Assembly (NCBI GenBank): GCA_964549505.1
Contig: CAZJVD010000001.1
Coordinates: 420,241-484,240 of the forward strand
Origin: an uncultured Oligoflexia bacterium
GTDB taxonomy: Bacteria > Bdellovibrionota > UBA1018 > CAZJVD01
DNA length: 64,000 nucleotides
Direction of reading: 5' to 3'
Every line of letters begins with the position of its first letter. Position 1 is the first letter of the stretch. A program made the position numbers and the translations under genes. Shown in pieces: positions 37,770 to 51,118 of the stretch. The notes beneath the pieces were generated by a model. The model did not search any database, was not told the DNA's origin, and worked only from the letters and a program-made list of their open reading frames with translations.

Positions 37770-39734
37770 ATGCAATCCAGCAGTCGGGCCAACGCTCTGG
37801 CCGGTACTCAGGCCAACACGCGTTATGACGTTTTGATCGTCGGCGGCGGACATGCAGGCGCTGAGGCGGCACACGCTGCAGCGCGAATGGGTTGTACCGT
37901 AGCCCTCGTCACACAATCCGCGCAAACCATTGGCGTTCTTTCATGTAACCCGGCGATGGGTGGGCTGGCCAAGGGGCAGCTTGTGAAAGAGGTGGATGCG
38001 CTGGGCGGAATCATGGGTCGGATCACCGACCGAACGGCGATTCAATATCGAACATTGAACGAGAGCAAGGGTCCGGCAGTCCGTTCGAGTCGCGCTCAAT
38101 GTGACAAGCGTCGCTACGCCGAGGAGATGCAAAGTTTTTTGCAGGCCGTTCCAGGGCTCACGATTCTTGAAGGCGAAGCTGTCGACCTACAGCTTGAGAA
38201 AACAGCAGATTTGCCGCGTGTTTCGGGTGTTTTTCTTGCGGATGGTTCGAAGCTTACCGCACGTTCGATCGTCATCACGTCCGGAACTTTTTTACGATCG
38301 GTCATGCATTTTGGTGGTGAACAAAAGAGAGGTGGACGTTTTGGTGAGCAGTCCGCTGATGCACTCAGCGCAAAACTCAGCGACTACGGACATCGGCTTC
38401 GTCGGCTCAAAACGGGGACGCCTCCGCGTCTCCATCGTCGTTCGATCGATTGGAGTCGAGTCGAACCGCAGCTCGGAGATGCAGACCCGCGCCCTTTTTC
38501 TTTTTTTCAGAAGCTCGATCGGTTTCCTTGGCTCGAGCAGCGTCCGTGTCATATCACCTACACCAACGAAAAGACGCACAGCATTATACAAGATAACTTA
38601 TTGAAATCAGCCATGTATTCAGGCGCTATCACGGGCATCGGGCCGCGTTATTGTCCGTCGATCGAGGATAAGATTTCACGTTTTCGAGACAAAGATCGCC
38701 ATCAGATTTTCTTGGAACCCGAAGGTCTCGATGTTGACGAAGTTTATGTGAATGGAGTTTCGACATCTCTTCCGCCGGAGGTTCAAGAGCTCTTCATTCG
38801 ATCGATTGTCGGGTTGGAGCACGCTGAGTTTCAGCGTTTTGGTTACGCCGTTGAGTACGACGCCGTGGATTCGCGCGATCTTCGTCTGACATTCGAATCT
38901 AAGCAGATTTCTGGGCTTTTTTTCGCGGGGCAGGTCAACGGAACTTCCGGGTACGAAGAGGCGGCGGCTCAGGGGTTCGTCGCTGGGGTTGGTGCTGCAA
39001 ACCGCGTGTTAGAGCGCGAAGAGTTTGTGCTCGGTCGCGATCAGGCCTACATCGGCGTCCTTTGCGATGACCTGACCTCCCGCGGTCTGGACGAACCTTA
39101 CCGAATGTTCACATCCCGCGCGGAACACCGCCTTTTTCTGCGTGAAGACAACGCGGATCTACGTCTGAGCGAGGTGGGTTACAAGCTGGGCGTGCTCTCG
39201 GTCGAGGATTTTCGTCAGTTTGAGGCGCGGCGTGAAGCCTTTGAGACCCTGAAAACAGCTGTTCAGGGGTTTTATGCTTTCCCGCGACCCGAAACATCGG
39301 TCATTTTGTCAGCAAAAGGGACTACACCGATCAAGGACCGAGCATCGGGTGCGGATCTTTTGAAGCGCCCTGAGCTTGGATTTGCGGATTTGGTGGATCT
39401 TGGTTTTTCAACGGGGGCCGATGTTCCACGTGGAACATCCGAACAGATCGAAACGTTCTTTCGTTATGAGGGTTATATCAAGCGTGAACGCGAACGGATG
39501 GATGGCGTGCTTCGAAATGACGCCTACCCGATCCCCGCAACCGTCGATTTCGCAGAAATCCCAGGAATTTCGAACGAAATTCGTGCACGTCTCGCTGATG
39601 CGCGTCCGACTACGCTTGGTCAAGCCTCGAGAATCCCTGGAGTGACCCCTGCTGCGGTCGCAAACCTCCTCGTCTATTTTAAAATCACGGAGAAAGCCTT
39701 ATGGAACAAGAATTCAACCTCGAAAACGCACTAG
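37770..39734 (+). CDS. mnmG: tRNA uridine 5-carboxymethylaminomethyl modification enzyme MnmG (GidA)
   Basis: GGGHAG.EAA, SCNPA.GG, KTGTPPR, GPRYCPSIEDK, GQVNGTSGYEEAAAQG. Confidence 0.98.
   Translation: MQSSSRANALAGTQANTRYDVLIVGGGHAGAEAAHAAARMGCTVALVTQSAQTIGVLSCNPAMGGLAKGQLVKEVDALGGIMGRITDRTAIQYRTLNESKGPAVRSSRAQCDKRRYAEEMQSFLQAVPGLTILEGEAVDLQLEKTADLPRVSGVFLADGSKLTARSIVITSGTFLRSVMHFGGEQKRGGRFGEQSADALSAKLSDYGHRLRRLKTGTPPRLHRRSIDWSRVEPQLGDADPRPFSFFQKLDRFPWLEQRPCHITYTNEKTHSIIQDNLLKSAMYSGAITGIGPRYCPSIEDKISRFRDKDRHQIFLEPEGLDVDEVYVNGVSTSLPPEVQELFIRSIVGLEHAEFQRFGYAVEYDAVDSRDLRLTFESKQISGLFFAGQVNGTSGYEEAAAQGFVAGVGAANRVLEREEFVLGRDQAYIGVLCDDLTSRGLDEPYRMFTSRAEHRLFLREDNADLRLSEVGYKLGVLSVEDFRQFEARREAFETLKTAVQGFYAFPRPETSVILSAKGTTPIKDRASGADLLKRPELGFADLVDLGFSTGADVPRGTSEQIETFFRYEGYIKRERERMDGVLRNDAYPIPATVDFAEIPGISNEIRARLADARPTTLGQASRIPGVTPAAVANLLVYFKITEKALWNKNSTSKTH
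39422..39437. promoter_or_regulatory. parS site (ParB loading)
   Basis: Perfect palindrome TGTTCCACGTGGAACA inside mnmG. Confidence 0.9.
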
Positions 39735-40390
39735 CCGCAAACTCTGAGACCGCACGTTTTCGAGAACGTCTCTCGAGTACTCAGGTCGAGAAGCTTTCTT
39801 TGTTCTATGAGTTGATTATTCATGAAAACACCGTTCAAAATCTCACTCGTCTGACAAATCCAGAAGACTTTGTAAGGGGTCATCTCCTTGATGTGTTCTG
39901 GTTGGGTGAAATAGCGGAGTTTCGAGAGCGCTCAGACAAATCGTCACAGGCCTCTCCTCTACTCGATCTTGGCTCAGGCCCCGGAGTTCCTGGGCTGGCC
40001 GCAGCGATAATGTTTGGTGGACACTGGGTTCTCGCAGAATCTGAGCAGCGCAAGGCCGACTTTCTGTCGCGCGCCGTGAGTACTCTTAAGATGTCCGATG
40101 TTCGGGTCTTTCCGGGGCGTGCCGAAGATTTTTTGAAAAAAAATCAAACGAGTGTTTCGGCGGTTGTCTCTCGAGCAGCCGGTAAGGTGGATAGGATACT
40201 CAGCTGGATATCTAATTGTTCCACGTGGAACACTCTTTTCTTATTGAAGGGACCAGGCTGGGAGGCCGAGTCCGACGAGAAAATCACAGATGAGCTTCGG
40301 GCTCAGTTCGATTTCAGAATCTGCGGAGATTTTGGCGCTGATTCTGAAAACAAGCGCACGATTTTCGTGCAGATCACACGCAAAGAGTAG
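39701..40390 (+). CDS. rsmG: 16S rRNA m7G527 methyltransferase RsmG (GidB)
   Basis: NLT, H..D, LLDLGSGPGVPG, RAE, VSRA; position after mnmG. Confidence 0.92.
   Translation: MEQEFNLENALAANSETARFRERLSSTQVEKLSLFYELIIHENTVQNLTRLTNPEDFVRGHLLDVFWLGEIAEFRERSDKSSQASPLLDLGSGPGVPGLAAAIMFGGHWVLAESEQRKADFLSRAVSTLKMSDVRVFPGRAEDFLKKNQTSVSAVVSRAAGKVDRILSWISNCSTWNTLFLLKGPGWEAESDEKITDELRAQFDFRICGDFGADSENKRTIFVQITRKE
40217..40232. promoter_or_regulatory. parS site (ParB loading)
   Basis: Perfect palindrome TGTTCCACGTGGAACA inside rsmG. Confidence 0.9.
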
Positions 40391-40562
40391 AGTACTCACG
40401 GCGCATAGCGTTCAGACATTTTTTTGGCGACCGATAAATTCTGAGTATGCAGTCAAAGATTTTCTCTTGATTACCCATCAAGCGGTGGTTAGCCTATAAG
40501 AGTAGCCGCAAAGGATTTTCGCGGCGAAAAGTTTAAACGCCCAACACAACCACATTGCCTCA

Positions 40563-40589
40563 ATCGGGACGCGAAGTGAGCGTCCCGAT
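40563..40589 (+). other. 10-bp hairpin in the parA leader
   Basis: ATCGGGACGC-N7-GCGTCCCGAT. Confidence 0.45.
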
Positions 40590-40628
40590 CGAGCCAACCG
40601 GGCAAGCGCAGTAAAATCAGGAGGAAAA

Positions 40629-41504
40629 ATGGGGAAAGTCGTTGCCATCGTCAATCAAAAGGGCGGTGTCGGTAAGACCACAACGACTGTCAATCTCGCC
40701 GCCTCACTCGCAGTAGGTGAGCATCGCGTGCTTGTGATTGATTTTGATCCTCAGGGAAACGCATCGAGCGCACTCGGTGTGGAGATCACTCCCGAGTTTT
40801 CAACAAAAACTATTTATCAATGTCTGGTGGCTGGCCTTCCCATGGAAGAGGCGGTTCGCAAGACGGAGATCGACGGTCTTTCGGTTGTTCCGGCGAACAG
40901 CAATCTCGCGGGTGCAGAGCTAGAGTTGGTGTCAGCGTTTTCGCGCGAAAACAAGCTGAAAATGGCTCTGTCTACGATTCGAGATAAGTACGATTTCATC
41001 CTGATCGATTGTCCACCGTCACTCGGCCTTCTCACGATCAATGCTTTTACAGCCTCGGATTCGTATCTCGTTCCGTTACAGGCCGAGTACTTTGCACTCG
41101 AAGGCTTGTCTTCTCTCATGACGACGGTTCATTTAATTCGTCAAAGTACGAACCCTGATCTCAAAGAAGAAGGAATTCTTCTAACGATGTTTGCTGGTAA
41201 CCGCCTCGCGCATGAAGTGGAAAAAGAAGTGCGCGGTCATTTTGGGACGATTGTTTATCAAACGGTTGTTCCGCGAAACATCAAGCTCAGTGAGTGCACG
41301 AGCTTCGGAAAACCAATTCTGCTTTATGACATCGATTCGAAGGGATGTTTGGCCTACCTCAATTTGGCGAAAGAATTTCTGAACAAGAATCGGCCGCAGA
41401 TTTCTCCACCGCCATTTGTTGTGGAAGACGCACGGTCATACTTTTTGCCGAGCGGTGCATCAGCGAGCGACGCACCATCGGACAAAAAATATGTCAGTAG
41501 CTAA
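40629..41504 (+). CDS. parA: Chromosome partitioning ATPase ParA/Soj
   Basis: NQKGGVGKTTT, DFDPQGN, IDCPPSLG, EYFALEG. Confidence 0.96.
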   Translation: MGKVVAIVNQKGGVGKTTTTVNLAASLAVGEHRVLVIDFDPQGNASSALGVEITPEFSTKTIYQCLVAGLPMEEAVRKTEIDGLSVVPANSNLAGAELELVSAFSRENKLKMALSTIRDKYDFILIDCPPSLGLLTINAFTASDSYLVPLQAEYFALEGLSSLMTTVHLIRQSTNPDLKEEGILLTMFAGNRLAHEVEKEVRGHFGTIVYQTVVPRNIKLSECTSFGKPILLYDIDSKGCLAYLNLAKEFLNKNRPQISPPPFVVEDARSYFLPSGASASDAPSDKKYVSS

Positions 41505-42561
41505 GGGAGTGAACGTGGGAACAGGTAAACCAGTTTTAGGTAAGGGTTTGGCGTCTCTCTTTCCGGGGCTAGCTTCGGGAGATGCGGCGGCGACAGCGAC
41601 GATGACAGAGTCCGGGTCGGATACGACTGTTTCGCAAGAGGCAGGCGCCGGTGTGGCGGCCGCTTCGAACAAAGATCGGCATCCTGGAATCAGCATGATC
41701 GATGTTGAGCAGATCCGCGTGAATCCCTACCAGCCTCGACGAGAATTTGACGACGACGCTATCAAGGAACTTTCGCAGTCGATTCAAGCGAACGGTGTGA
41801 TTCAGCCGCTTGTCGTGCGGAAGACTTCGGAAGGTTTTCAACTCATTGCCGGCGAACGGCGCCTTCGGGCTGCCAAACTTGCAGGATTGAAGAGTGTTCC
41901 AATCGTGATCCGTCGCACGACCGATCGCGAGTCGCTTGAGCTTGCGATCATTGAGAACGTCCAGCGCCAGGATCTCAATCCGATCGATGAGGCGATGGCT
42001 TACGCACAACTGCTTCAAGACTTTTCGCTCACCCAAGACGAGATCGCACGTCGTATTGGTAAGGACCGCGCCACGGTCGCAAACCTGCTTCGGCTACTGC
42101 GTCTGCCTGAAGAAGCCATACTGGCTTTGAAAAATGGTCAGATCAGTTCGGGGCACGGCAAAGCGTTGTTGGGTCTCGAGGCGCGCGAAGATCGACTCGC
42201 GCTGCTTGCCGAGATTTTAGAAAAAGACCTCAGCGTTCGACACCTCGAGGTTCGTGTCGCGGAGATCCTGGCTCAGCGGGCCAAGGAGGCTCTCTCGGCA
42301 GAATCAACCACACCAGCCATGCCGATCGACACCCAAAGCGCCTTCATGTTGCGATGCACTGAGATTGGTAAAAGTCTACTTAACATCTTGAGTCCAAAGG
42401 GAGTTTCGCGTATCGAATTCAAAGGTCGTGAGCGACGCGGAAAAATTGTCCTACATTATAAGTCGAGAGAAGATCTTGATCGTCTGCTCGACCACCTACA
42501 GAATAGAGGTTTATGGGAGCAAAACCCGAACTCGTCATCCCAGGAAACAGCCTCGACGTAA
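41491..42561 (+). CDS. parB: Chromosome partitioning protein ParB/Spo0J
   Basis: LGKGL.SL, NPYQPR, IAGERRLRA, IENVQRQDL, HTH; ATG 41491 assumed. Confidence 0.96.
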   Translation: MSVAKGVNVGTGKPVLGKGLASLFPGLASGDAAATATMTESGSDTTVSQEAGAGVAAASNKDRHPGISMIDVEQIRVNPYQPRREFDDDAIKELSQSIQANGVIQPLVVRKTSEGFQLIAGERRLRAAKLAGLKSVPIVIRRTTDRESLELAIIENVQRQDLNPIDEAMAYAQLLQDFSLTQDEIARRIGKDRATVANLLRLLRLPEEAILALKNGQISSGHGKALLGLEAREDRLALLAEILEKDLSVRHLEVRVAEILAQRAKEALSAESTTPAMPIDTQSAFMLRCTEIGKSLLNILSPKGVSRIEFKGRERRGKIVLHYKSREDLDRLLDHLQNRGLWEQNPNSSSQETAST

Positions 42562-42917
42562 CAGCCGTCATTGAACAGGGCTGTGAGTTTGAAGGGAAGC
42601 TGTGCTTTCACGGCACGGTTCGTATCAACGGAATTTTTCGAGGCGAGATCTATACGCCTGACACACTTGTTGTTGGCGAAAGCGGACGCGTCCAAGGTCA
42701 GATCGATGCAGGTGTCGTCGTGATCAATGGCGAAGTTTCCGGCGAAGTTCGCGCCAAGCATCGAGTGGAAATCCACCAGCCGGCCGTCTTTCGCGGCGAT
42801 ATTTTCACGCCGAGTTTGCGCGTCGATGAAGGTGTTATCTTCGAAGGTTCGAGCAACATGGCTCACCCAACCGGAAAGTCACAGCCGAAGCGCGTTGAAC
42901 GCGTAGTCAGTCCTTGA
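42513..42917 (+). CDS. Bactofilin (polymer-forming cytoskeletal protein)
   Basis: beta-helix repeats FEGKL..VRINGIFRGEI..LVVGESG.V.G.I. Confidence 0.9.
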   Translation: MGAKPELVIPGNSLDVTAVIEQGCEFEGKLCFHGTVRINGIFRGEIYTPDTLVVGESGRVQGQIDAGVVVINGEVSGEVRAKHRVEIHQPAVFRGDIFTPSLRVDEGVIFEGSSNMAHPTGKSQPKRVERVVSP

Positions 42918-42947
42918 CCTAATCCCCATCCGCAGTGTACCACCGCG

Positions 42948-43415
42948 TTGTTACCAACGGAGCGTAGCGTGGGCGAAATTCTGCACCAACTGGATATCAA
43001 CAGCACGGTTTTCATCCAAGTCGGCATTTTCTTTGTTGTTTACATGTTTGTGTCGTCGGTCTTTTTGAAACCGTATTTGCAGCTTTTTCAAGTGCGCCGA
43101 CAGCGCACGGTCGAAGACCGCAAAGCGGCGCAGAAGCTCATGGCTGATGCGCAGGCGAAGCTTGAAGAGTACCAACGACAGCTTGGTCAAGCGCGCGATA
43201 AGACACGGCAAGATTTTGATCAAACCATGAAAGAAGTTCGGAAGTCCGAAGCTCTGATTCTTTTCAAAGCGCGCGAAGAAGTGAAAAATCTCATGCAGAA
43301 AGCAGCGGTGGACGCTGAAAAACAAAAAGCTGCGGTGGTTGCGCAAGTCGCTCTGCAGTTGGACGGGATGGCTTCGCAGGTGAGCGATCGCCTTCTCAAG
43401 GGAGAGGACCGCTGA
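42948..43415 (+). CDS. ATP synthase F0 subunit b'
   Basis: Single N-terminal TM, LKPY motif, coiled coil; first gene of the atp operon. Confidence 0.85.
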   Translation: MLPTERSVGEILHQLDINSTVFIQVGIFFVVYMFVSSVFLKPYLQLFQVRRQRTVEDRKAAQKLMADAQAKLEEYQRQLGQARDKTRQDFDQTMKEVRKSEALILFKAREEVKNLMQKAAVDAEKQKAAVVAQVALQLDGMASQVSDRLLKGEDR

Positions 43416-43418
43416 CCT

Positions 43419-43913
43419 ATGGGTTCACTTCTTTGGCCGTTCATCAATCTCGCGATCTTATTGGGCGTTCTCTATAAGCTTCTTAAGGAGCCCGTGAAAA
43501 AATACGTTCGTGAGCGTCACGAGCGGATCGCGACGGATCTCACAACGTCGCGATCGATGCTGAAGGAAAGTCGAGAGAAGTTTGAAGACTTCTCTGCGCG
43601 GCTCAAGTCACTCTCAAACGAAATCGAAGCGATGCGAACGCAGATGGCACGCGAATCCGCGAACGTAAAAGATAAAGTCCTGAAGCAGGCGGAAGCCGCA
43701 TCCAAAGCAATGTTACGAGATACCGAAGCGAGCTTGCTGGCTCTCGAAGAGCGTGTTCGTGCGGAAGTGCGAGCTGAGATCGCCGAGAAACTCTTGGTAC
43801 AGGCTGAGGCAAAGATTAAGAAGGCGCTCACTCAAGAAGTGAAGACACGCTACCGCTCGGACTTCTCATCGCAGTTCAAGCGTGCTGAATCGCGAAAGGA
43901 AACGGCGTTATGA
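43419..43913 (+). CDS. atpF: ATP synthase F0 subunit b
   Basis: INLAILL..L..L..PV, coiled coil. Confidence 0.88.
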   Translation: MGSLLWPFINLAILLGVLYKLLKEPVKKYVRERHERIATDLTTSRSMLKESREKFEDFSARLKSLSNEIEAMRTQMARESANVKDKVLKQAEAASKAMLRDTEASLLALEERVRAEVRAEIAEKLLVQAEAKIKKALTQEVKTRYRSDFSSQFKRAESRKETAL

Positions 43914-43923
43914 GGTCGTTCTT

Positions 43924-44469
43924 ATGAGCTTGGCTCGAACCTATGCGCGCGCGTTTCATGAAACCGCATCGAAAGAACCTCAGGAGATCAGCCAACTCCG
44001 CGCATTCTCAAATCTCGTGGACTCGAACTCAGTGTTGGAGTCCTGTCTGACAAGTCCGATGACGTCGGTGCAGGAAAAGACTGCGGTTGTTGACGGTATC
44101 CAAAAGAAAATGGCGTTCTCGCCTCTGGTGCTTCGGTTTGTGGGGTTGTTGATTCGCAAGAATCGCCTGATACATCTGAAAGCGATTTTAGCGGCTCTCG
44201 AAGAAGTGCGAATTGAGTCAGAAGGCGGCACGCTCGGACAGATCGTCTGCGCCGACGAGATTGGTGACAAAGAAGTGGCCGATCTCGCGTCAGCTTTTCG
44301 CGCCGTTTTGGGAAAGAAAGTGGATTTTCAGACATCAACCGATCCGAGTTTGCTCGCGGGTCTCAAAGTGACCGTCGAAGGGATTACCTACGACGGTTCG
44401 CTCAAGGGACAGCTCGAGCGTGTTCGTCGAGCGGTAACGGGCGCTGCCGGCGCAGGCAGTAGCGGATAG
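43924..44469 (+). CDS. atpH: ATP synthase F1 delta subunit
   Basis: LARTYARA, DPSLLAG, YDGSLKGQL; ATG 43924 after GAGG. Confidence 0.92.
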   Translation: MSLARTYARAFHETASKEPQEISQLRAFSNLVDSNSVLESCLTSPMTSVQEKTAVVDGIQKKMAFSPLVLRFVGLLIRKNRLIHLKAILAALEEVRIESEGGTLGQIVCADEIGDKEVADLASAFRAVLGKKVDFQTSTDPSLLAGLKVTVEGITYDGSLKGQLERVRRAVTGAAGAGSSG

Positions 44470-44502
44470 GTTTTAAAAAAGGATTAAGAGGAGTCAGTTG
44501 AA

Positions 44503-46014
44503 ATGCAGATTCGTCCAGAAGAAATCACGCAGATTTTAAAAGCACAGCTCTCGGACTTTGAGAAAAAGCTGGATGTCTCGGAGACGGGAACAGTTGTTTC
44601 TGTCGGCGATGGCGTTGCGAAGATCTATGGTCTCGAAAAGGCCATGGCCGGTGAGCTCGTGGATTTTGGAAAAGAAACTTACGGCATGGTTCTCAACCTC
44701 GAAGAGGAAAGTGTCGGGGTTGCGATCTTAGGTCACTACGAAGGTGTGACGGAAGGTGCGACGGTTCGTCGTACGGGTCGCATCGTTGAGGTTCCAGTTG
44801 GGAAAGGCCTCTGTGGCCGCGTCGTCAACGCCCTCGGACAGCCGATCGATGGGAAAGGCGAACTGAAGAGCGAAGCCAACCGTCGCGTTGAGATCAAGGC
44901 GCCCGGCATTGTGGATCGTCAATCGGTTAAAGAGCCTCTTCAAACAGGTCTTAAGGCAATCGACGGCATGGTGCCGATTGGTCGTGGTCAGCGTGAGTTG
45001 ATCATCGGTGACCGTCAGACCGGAAAAACGGCTGTCGCCCTCGATACGATCATCAACCAAAAGGGCAAAGGCGTTTTCTGTATTTATGTGGCCATCGGAC
45101 AGAAACAATCGACGGTCGCTCAAGTCGTCGACAAACTCCGACGTCACGGAGCTTTGGATCACACGATCATTGTTGCGGCGACGGCTTCTGAGTCCGCGCC
45201 ACTTCAGTTTCTCGCACCTTATACAGGTGTGACCATTGGCGAGCATTTTCGGGACAACGGCCAGCATGCGTTGATCGTCTATGACGATTTGACGAAGCAG
45301 GCACAGGCGTATCGCCAGCTTTCGCTCCTGTTGCGACGTCCTCCGGGTCGCGAAGCTTATCCGGGCGATGTTTTCTATCTTCACTCGCGTCTTCTTGAGC
45401 GCGCGGCGAAACTTTCGGACAAGCGTGGCGGCGGGTCGCTGACGGCACTTCCGATCGTCGAAACACAGGCAGGTGACGTGTCGGGTTATATTCCGACAAA
45501 CGTGATTTCGATTACGGACGGACAGATTTTTCTCGAAACCGATCTTTTCCACTCGGGCGTACGTCCGGCGATCAACGTCGGTCTCTCGGTTTCACGGGTG
45601 GGTGGTGCAGCACAGATCAAGGCAATGAAGCAGGTCGCGGGAACTTTGCGGCTGGAGCTCGCACAGTATCGTGAGAAGCAAGCGTTTGCGCAGTTTGGAT
45701 CGGATCTCGATACGGCGACGCAACGTCAGCTCGCTCGAGGAGAAAAGCTAGTCGAAATCTTGAAACAAGGTCAGTACGAGCCGATGGGCGTCGAGCGGCA
45801 AGTCGCGATCATTTTCGCGGCGACCAACGGCTATCTTGATCAAGTCAAGAAGGACAAAGTGAAGCAGTACGAAACAGAGTTCAATTCCTTCTTAGACCGC
45901 AAGTATCCCCAACTGTTACCGACCCTTCTGCAGAAAGCGCAGATCTCGGATGATATTAAGGCGCAGCTTGTGGCGGCACTCAAAGAGTTCAACACGGAAT
46001 TTTCAGGACAGTAA
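44503..46014 (+). CDS. atpA: ATP synthase F1 alpha subunit
   Basis: [29 protein letters not shown]. Confidence 0.99.
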   Translation: MQIRPEEITQILKAQLSDFEKKLDVSETGTVVSVGDGVAKIYGLEKAMAGELVDFGKETYGMVLNLEEESVGVAILGHYEGVTEGATVRRTGRIVEVPVGKGLCGRVVNALGQPIDGKGELKSEANRRVEIKAPGIVDRQSVKEPLQTGLKAIDGMVPIGRGQRELIIGDRQTGKTAVALDTIINQKGKGVFCIYVAIGQKQSTVAQVVDKLRRHGALDHTIIVAATASESAPLQFLAPYTGVTIGEHFRDNGQHALIVYDDLTKQAQAYRQLSLLLRRPPGREAYPGDVFYLHSRLLERAAKLSDKRGGGSLTALPIVETQAGDVSGYIPTNVISITDGQIFLETDLFHSGVRPAINVGLSVSRVGGAAQIKAMKQVAGTLRLELAQYREKQAFAQFGSDLDTATQRQLARGEKLVEILKQGQYEPMGVERQVAIIFAATNGYLDQVKKDKVKQYETEFNSFLDRKYPQLLPTLLQKAQISDDIKAQLVAALKEFNTEFSGQ

Positions 46015-46020
46015 ACACCC

Positions 46021-48760
<2,740 letters not shown>

Positions 48761-48780
48761 AAAAAGCGAATTTCAATGCG

Positions 48781-49860
48781 CTAGAACGCGAAAGTCGAAG
48801 GGCTGGAGCGCGCGTTCGTCCAGCGTTCGAAGTCGCCAACGGCGTCAGGAACCGGTTTGCCTTGTGGCGAATCAATGAGGTCGTCCGTGCCCGTCGCAGG
48901 AGAACCATCGGTACCGCCGGTGGCAGCTTCCTCAGTAGCGCCTTCTTCGGCTGTCGCCGATGGCGGGGCTACTTCGCCTTCTGTTCCACCTACAGATGGA
49001 GTCGTGCCCGATCCAGGGGTTTGACTTTGATCAAGGTTTTGCTGCACGTCTGGTTGCGGTTGCGGTTGCGGCGCTGGCTGTTCGGCTGGTGCCTCCGTAA
49101 CTGGAACCTCAAAAGACTCATAATACGAAAGTGACTTTTCGAGCTCGGTTTGAGCTTTCGTGTCGTTCTTAGCTTTCGCTTCTTCAAGCTTCACCTTGAT
49201 GGCCGCTTTAACGGACGACAAGCGCTCAAACAAAAGCCTGTATGAACTTGTTGTGCTGCCTGCTTCAGCGAGCGACACGATCAAAGCCGTGCCGGTGTAC
49301 TGAACTGAGGAAACTGTATAAGTCGATGCTCCGTACTGAACCGACGGAGTCGGGCACGGTGGCGTAGCGGCTTTTTGTTCTGGGGTCGCCGATGCCGTTT
49401 GATCTGGCGTCAGACAAACCACGTCTTGCGTGTTCTTAATCCCGAGCTGAAGAACTTTTAGCGTAACGGTAGCCCCGTCTTGCGCGTAACCCAATCGTGA
49501 GGAAACTCCCGAAACAGCCGCGCGATCCTTTGACGCGTCAGCCGTTACGACTTTTGAACGGTCGATGACAGCGACGGTTGCATCGCTTTCAAAACTGAGA
49601 CTCATTCCAGAAAAAGGTGTTTCGGTCACTCCGTAGTAAACGGAGTTCTGCGAGGCAGAGTTTAAAGTTTTTCCGGCTGCGTCTTGCGTCGACACAGTCG
49701 TCTGAACATTCGTCAAATCCCACTGACCAGCGACCGATACAAACGCTGGTGCCGAGGTTTCATCTTTTGCGGCGGCAGCAGGCTCGTTTTCGGAGGTCTT
49801 GGTACATCCTGAAGTTATAATTCCTAGAGATAGAACGACGGCAAGGGTGACGGGTTTCAT
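48781..49860 (-). CDS. Lipoprotein (359 aa), lipocalin-like GxW start, Pro/Thr/Glu-rich tail; paralog of 49955..50983
   Basis: Lipobox ITSG|CTK; SAP..VAGQW. Confidence 0.8.
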   Translation of the reverse strand: MKPVTLAVVLSLGIITSGCTKTSENEPAAAAKDETSAPAFVSVAGQWDLTNVQTTVSTQDAAGKTLNSASQNSVYYGVTETPFSGMSLSFESDATVAVIDRSKVVTADASKDRAAVSGVSSRLGYAQDGATVTLKVLQLGIKNTQDVVCLTPDQTASATPEQKAATPPCPTPSVQYGASTYTVSSVQYTGTALIVSLAEAGSTTSSYRLLFERLSSVKAAIKVKLEEAKAKNDTKAQTELEKSLSYYESFEVPVTEAPAEQPAPQPQPQPDVQQNLDQSQTPGSGTTPSVGGTEGEVAPPSATAEEGATEEAATGGTDGSPATGTDDLIDSPQGKPVPDAVGDFERWTNARSSPSTFAF

Positions 49861-49901
49861 TTTCGGCTCCTAAAACTTTCTTTATTCTAAAAACGTTTTT
49901 A

Positions 49902-49929
49902 GGAGAGAGTGGTTTGCACCACCCTCTCC
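49902..49929 (-). terminator. 12-bp GNRA-capped hairpin between the lipoprotein genes (terminator or stabiliser)
   Basis: GGAGAGGGTGGT-GCAA-ACCACTCTCTCC on the minus strand; weak U-tract. Confidence 0.5.
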
Positions 49930-49954
49930 CAAATAACCTAAGAAGCTTATTTCT

Positions 49955-50983
49955 TTACTTCTTTGCTTCGTCTGCAGACTTTGCAGCAGCGGCTGCAGCT
50001 TCGTCAGCAGCCTTCTTAGCAGCTTTTTCAGCAGCTTCGGCGGCTTCCTTAGCCTTGCGCTCTGTTTCGGCCTTGCGAGCAGCTTCACGATCATTTGAAT
50101 CGTCAACAAGGTCACGGTGAAGCGTCTTCATCGTCTTCAGCGTTTCGCGTGCTGATGCGAGCTCTTCGCTCACGTCATTCTTCTCGTGCGTTGCTTTTTC
50201 TGCTTGAATGCCCTTGATCGCGCCTTCAGCGGACTTAATGTCGTCGCTATTCTTAGATGCTTCAGCACGTTGTTGAACGTGCTTTGCGTCTTCGAGACGT
50301 TCGTTAAGCTTTTCGCCTTCTTGCTCGTACGTAGCATTCAGTTGTTCGAGTTGAACGATCTGCGCTTCGATTTCAGCAATAGTCGTTTCAGGACGCTTGA
50401 AAGTCAGCGCCGACGTTTCGTCAGAATTCGAAACGTTGAAGATGACAGAGTCAGTCGTCACTTGGATCGAATCGATCGTCATGAAATCTGCTTCAGATGA
50501 CAGCTTTACAGTCATCTTAGCGCTGACATCGTCACCGCTGTCCTTAACCACTTTACCGTCTTCCATTTTTTCAGGAAACGAAAGCGTGATTTGCGAACCA
50601 GCTTGAACGTAGTTCACCGACGATTCGACGCGTGTTCCGCGTTGAAAAGTCATGCGATCTGCCTTCACGCTCTTGCGACCGAAAGCCGTTCCATCGTTTT
50701 CGAAAACGAAGTTCAGATTTCTGTAATCTGAATCAAGAACAGCGCCCGTGTTGAGCGTACGAACGCGATTCGTCACAGCGAAATCGTTTGGTTCGTTGAC
50801 GTTGTCAGTCGAAACTGAGTGAATCACCCAATTGCCAGCCACTGCGCTGATAACTGGTGCTGAGCTTCCGCTCGCGCCGCCTTCAGCGTCTTTGTTCTCT
50901 TGCGACTTTGTACATCCGATTGCCCCAACCCCAATGATTGCAACCAATGCTGCAAGCGTACTTTTCATATTGTGCTTGATCAT
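49955..50983 (-). CDS. Lipoprotein (342 aa) with a C-terminal coiled coil and Ala/Lys/Glu-rich tail
   Basis: Lipobox GAIG|CTK; SAP..VAGNW; GAGGAG SD. Confidence 0.85.
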   Translation of the reverse strand: MIKHNMKSTLAALVAIIGVGAIGCTKSQENKDAEGGASGSSAPVISAVAGNWVIHSVSTDNVNEPNDFAVTNRVRTLNTGAVLDSDYRNLNFVFENDGTAFGRKSVKADRMTFQRGTRVESSVNYVQAGSQITLSFPEKMEDGKVVKDSGDDVSAKMTVKLSSEADFMTIDSIQVTTDSVIFNVSNSDETSALTFKRPETTIAEIEAQIVQLEQLNATYEQEGEKLNERLEDAKHVQQRAEASKNSDDIKSAEGAIKGIQAEKATHEKNDVSEELASARETLKTMKTLHRDLVDDSNDREAARKAETERKAKEAAEAAEKAAKKAADEAAAAAAKSADEAKK

Positions 50984-51102
50984 TTTTTACTTACTCCTCT
51001 TTTTGTTTAATGCGTCTTCTAGCGAGGGGTTGCGTTGCACACCACCCGAGTGTCCTCAGTAGGCCACGTAAACCCTCGTCTTGAAGATTCGGCGGAGCTA
51101 TG

Positions 51103-51118
51103 AGCAACGCTTATGCCC
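51103..51118 (-). promoter_or_regulatory. Sigma54 (-24/-12) promoter, proximal
   Basis: GGGCAT-AAGCG-TTGCT. Confidence 0.6.

Noticed and set aside
51023-51078. Hammerhead ribozyme (CUGAGGA followed by a short stem on the minus strand)
   Set aside because: The required GAAA after stem II is missing; kept only as a structured leader.
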